Below, piece by piece: positions 26,500 to 26,592 of a stretch of DNA of 26,592 bases (position 1 is the stretch's first letter; every line of letters begins with the position of its first letter). This DNA is from a virus (Duplodnaviria > Heunggongvirae > Uroviricota > Caudoviricetes), in IMG/VR virus record IMGVR_UViG_2645727539_000008, positions 1-26,592 of that record; one strand, given 5' to 3'. Made by a program: the position numbers and the translations under genes. Under the pieces are notes generated by a model. The model was not told the origin of the DNA, ran no database searches, and was given only the letters and a program-made list of their open reading frames with translations.

Positions 26500-26592
26500 A
26501 TGAAACATTTAAATGATTTCCCCAAAAGAGATAGAAATCACAGAATTGAAAGACTTGCAATATCAGCTTTTGAACATTTCCTTAGTGATTCG
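26500..26592 (+). CDS. Partial ORF of unknown function (runs off window end)
   Basis: ATG at 26500 after GGGACAGAGA; 31 codons MKHLNDFPKRDRNHRIERLAISAFEHFLSDS in a low-GC region; not integrase-like. Confidence 0.3.
   Translation, partial: MKHLNDFPKRDRNHRIERLAISAFEHFLSDS

Overview
This window is most of a temperate lambdoid prophage of an enterobacterial host, in reverse of the canonical lambda map. Reading left to right: a late/morphogenesis operon on the minus strand (1-12100) with a P2/Mu-like contractile tail (tape measure, frameshifted chaperone, tube, sheath), an HK97-like head (capsid, protease, portal) and terminase plus HNH packaging genes; a lysis cassette (12600-14420) with two terminator-flanked, AT-rich accessory genes (morons) beside it; a Q antiterminator and nin-type region (15200-19000) including RusA, a Dam-type methyltransferase and a LexA DNA-binding-domain homolog; a replication initiator with in-gene iterons; a cro/cI immunity switch with TTGC-N7-GCAA operators (21360-22500); and a plus-strand early-left operon (22500-26214) ending in an excisionase. 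No N gene, helicase loader, recombination genes or integrase were found where expected. All calls rest on reading the ORF translations and sequence motifs from memory; no database search was run. The most interesting candidates are the two morons, the LexA-like protein, the structured N-less PL leader and the region beyond the excisionase.
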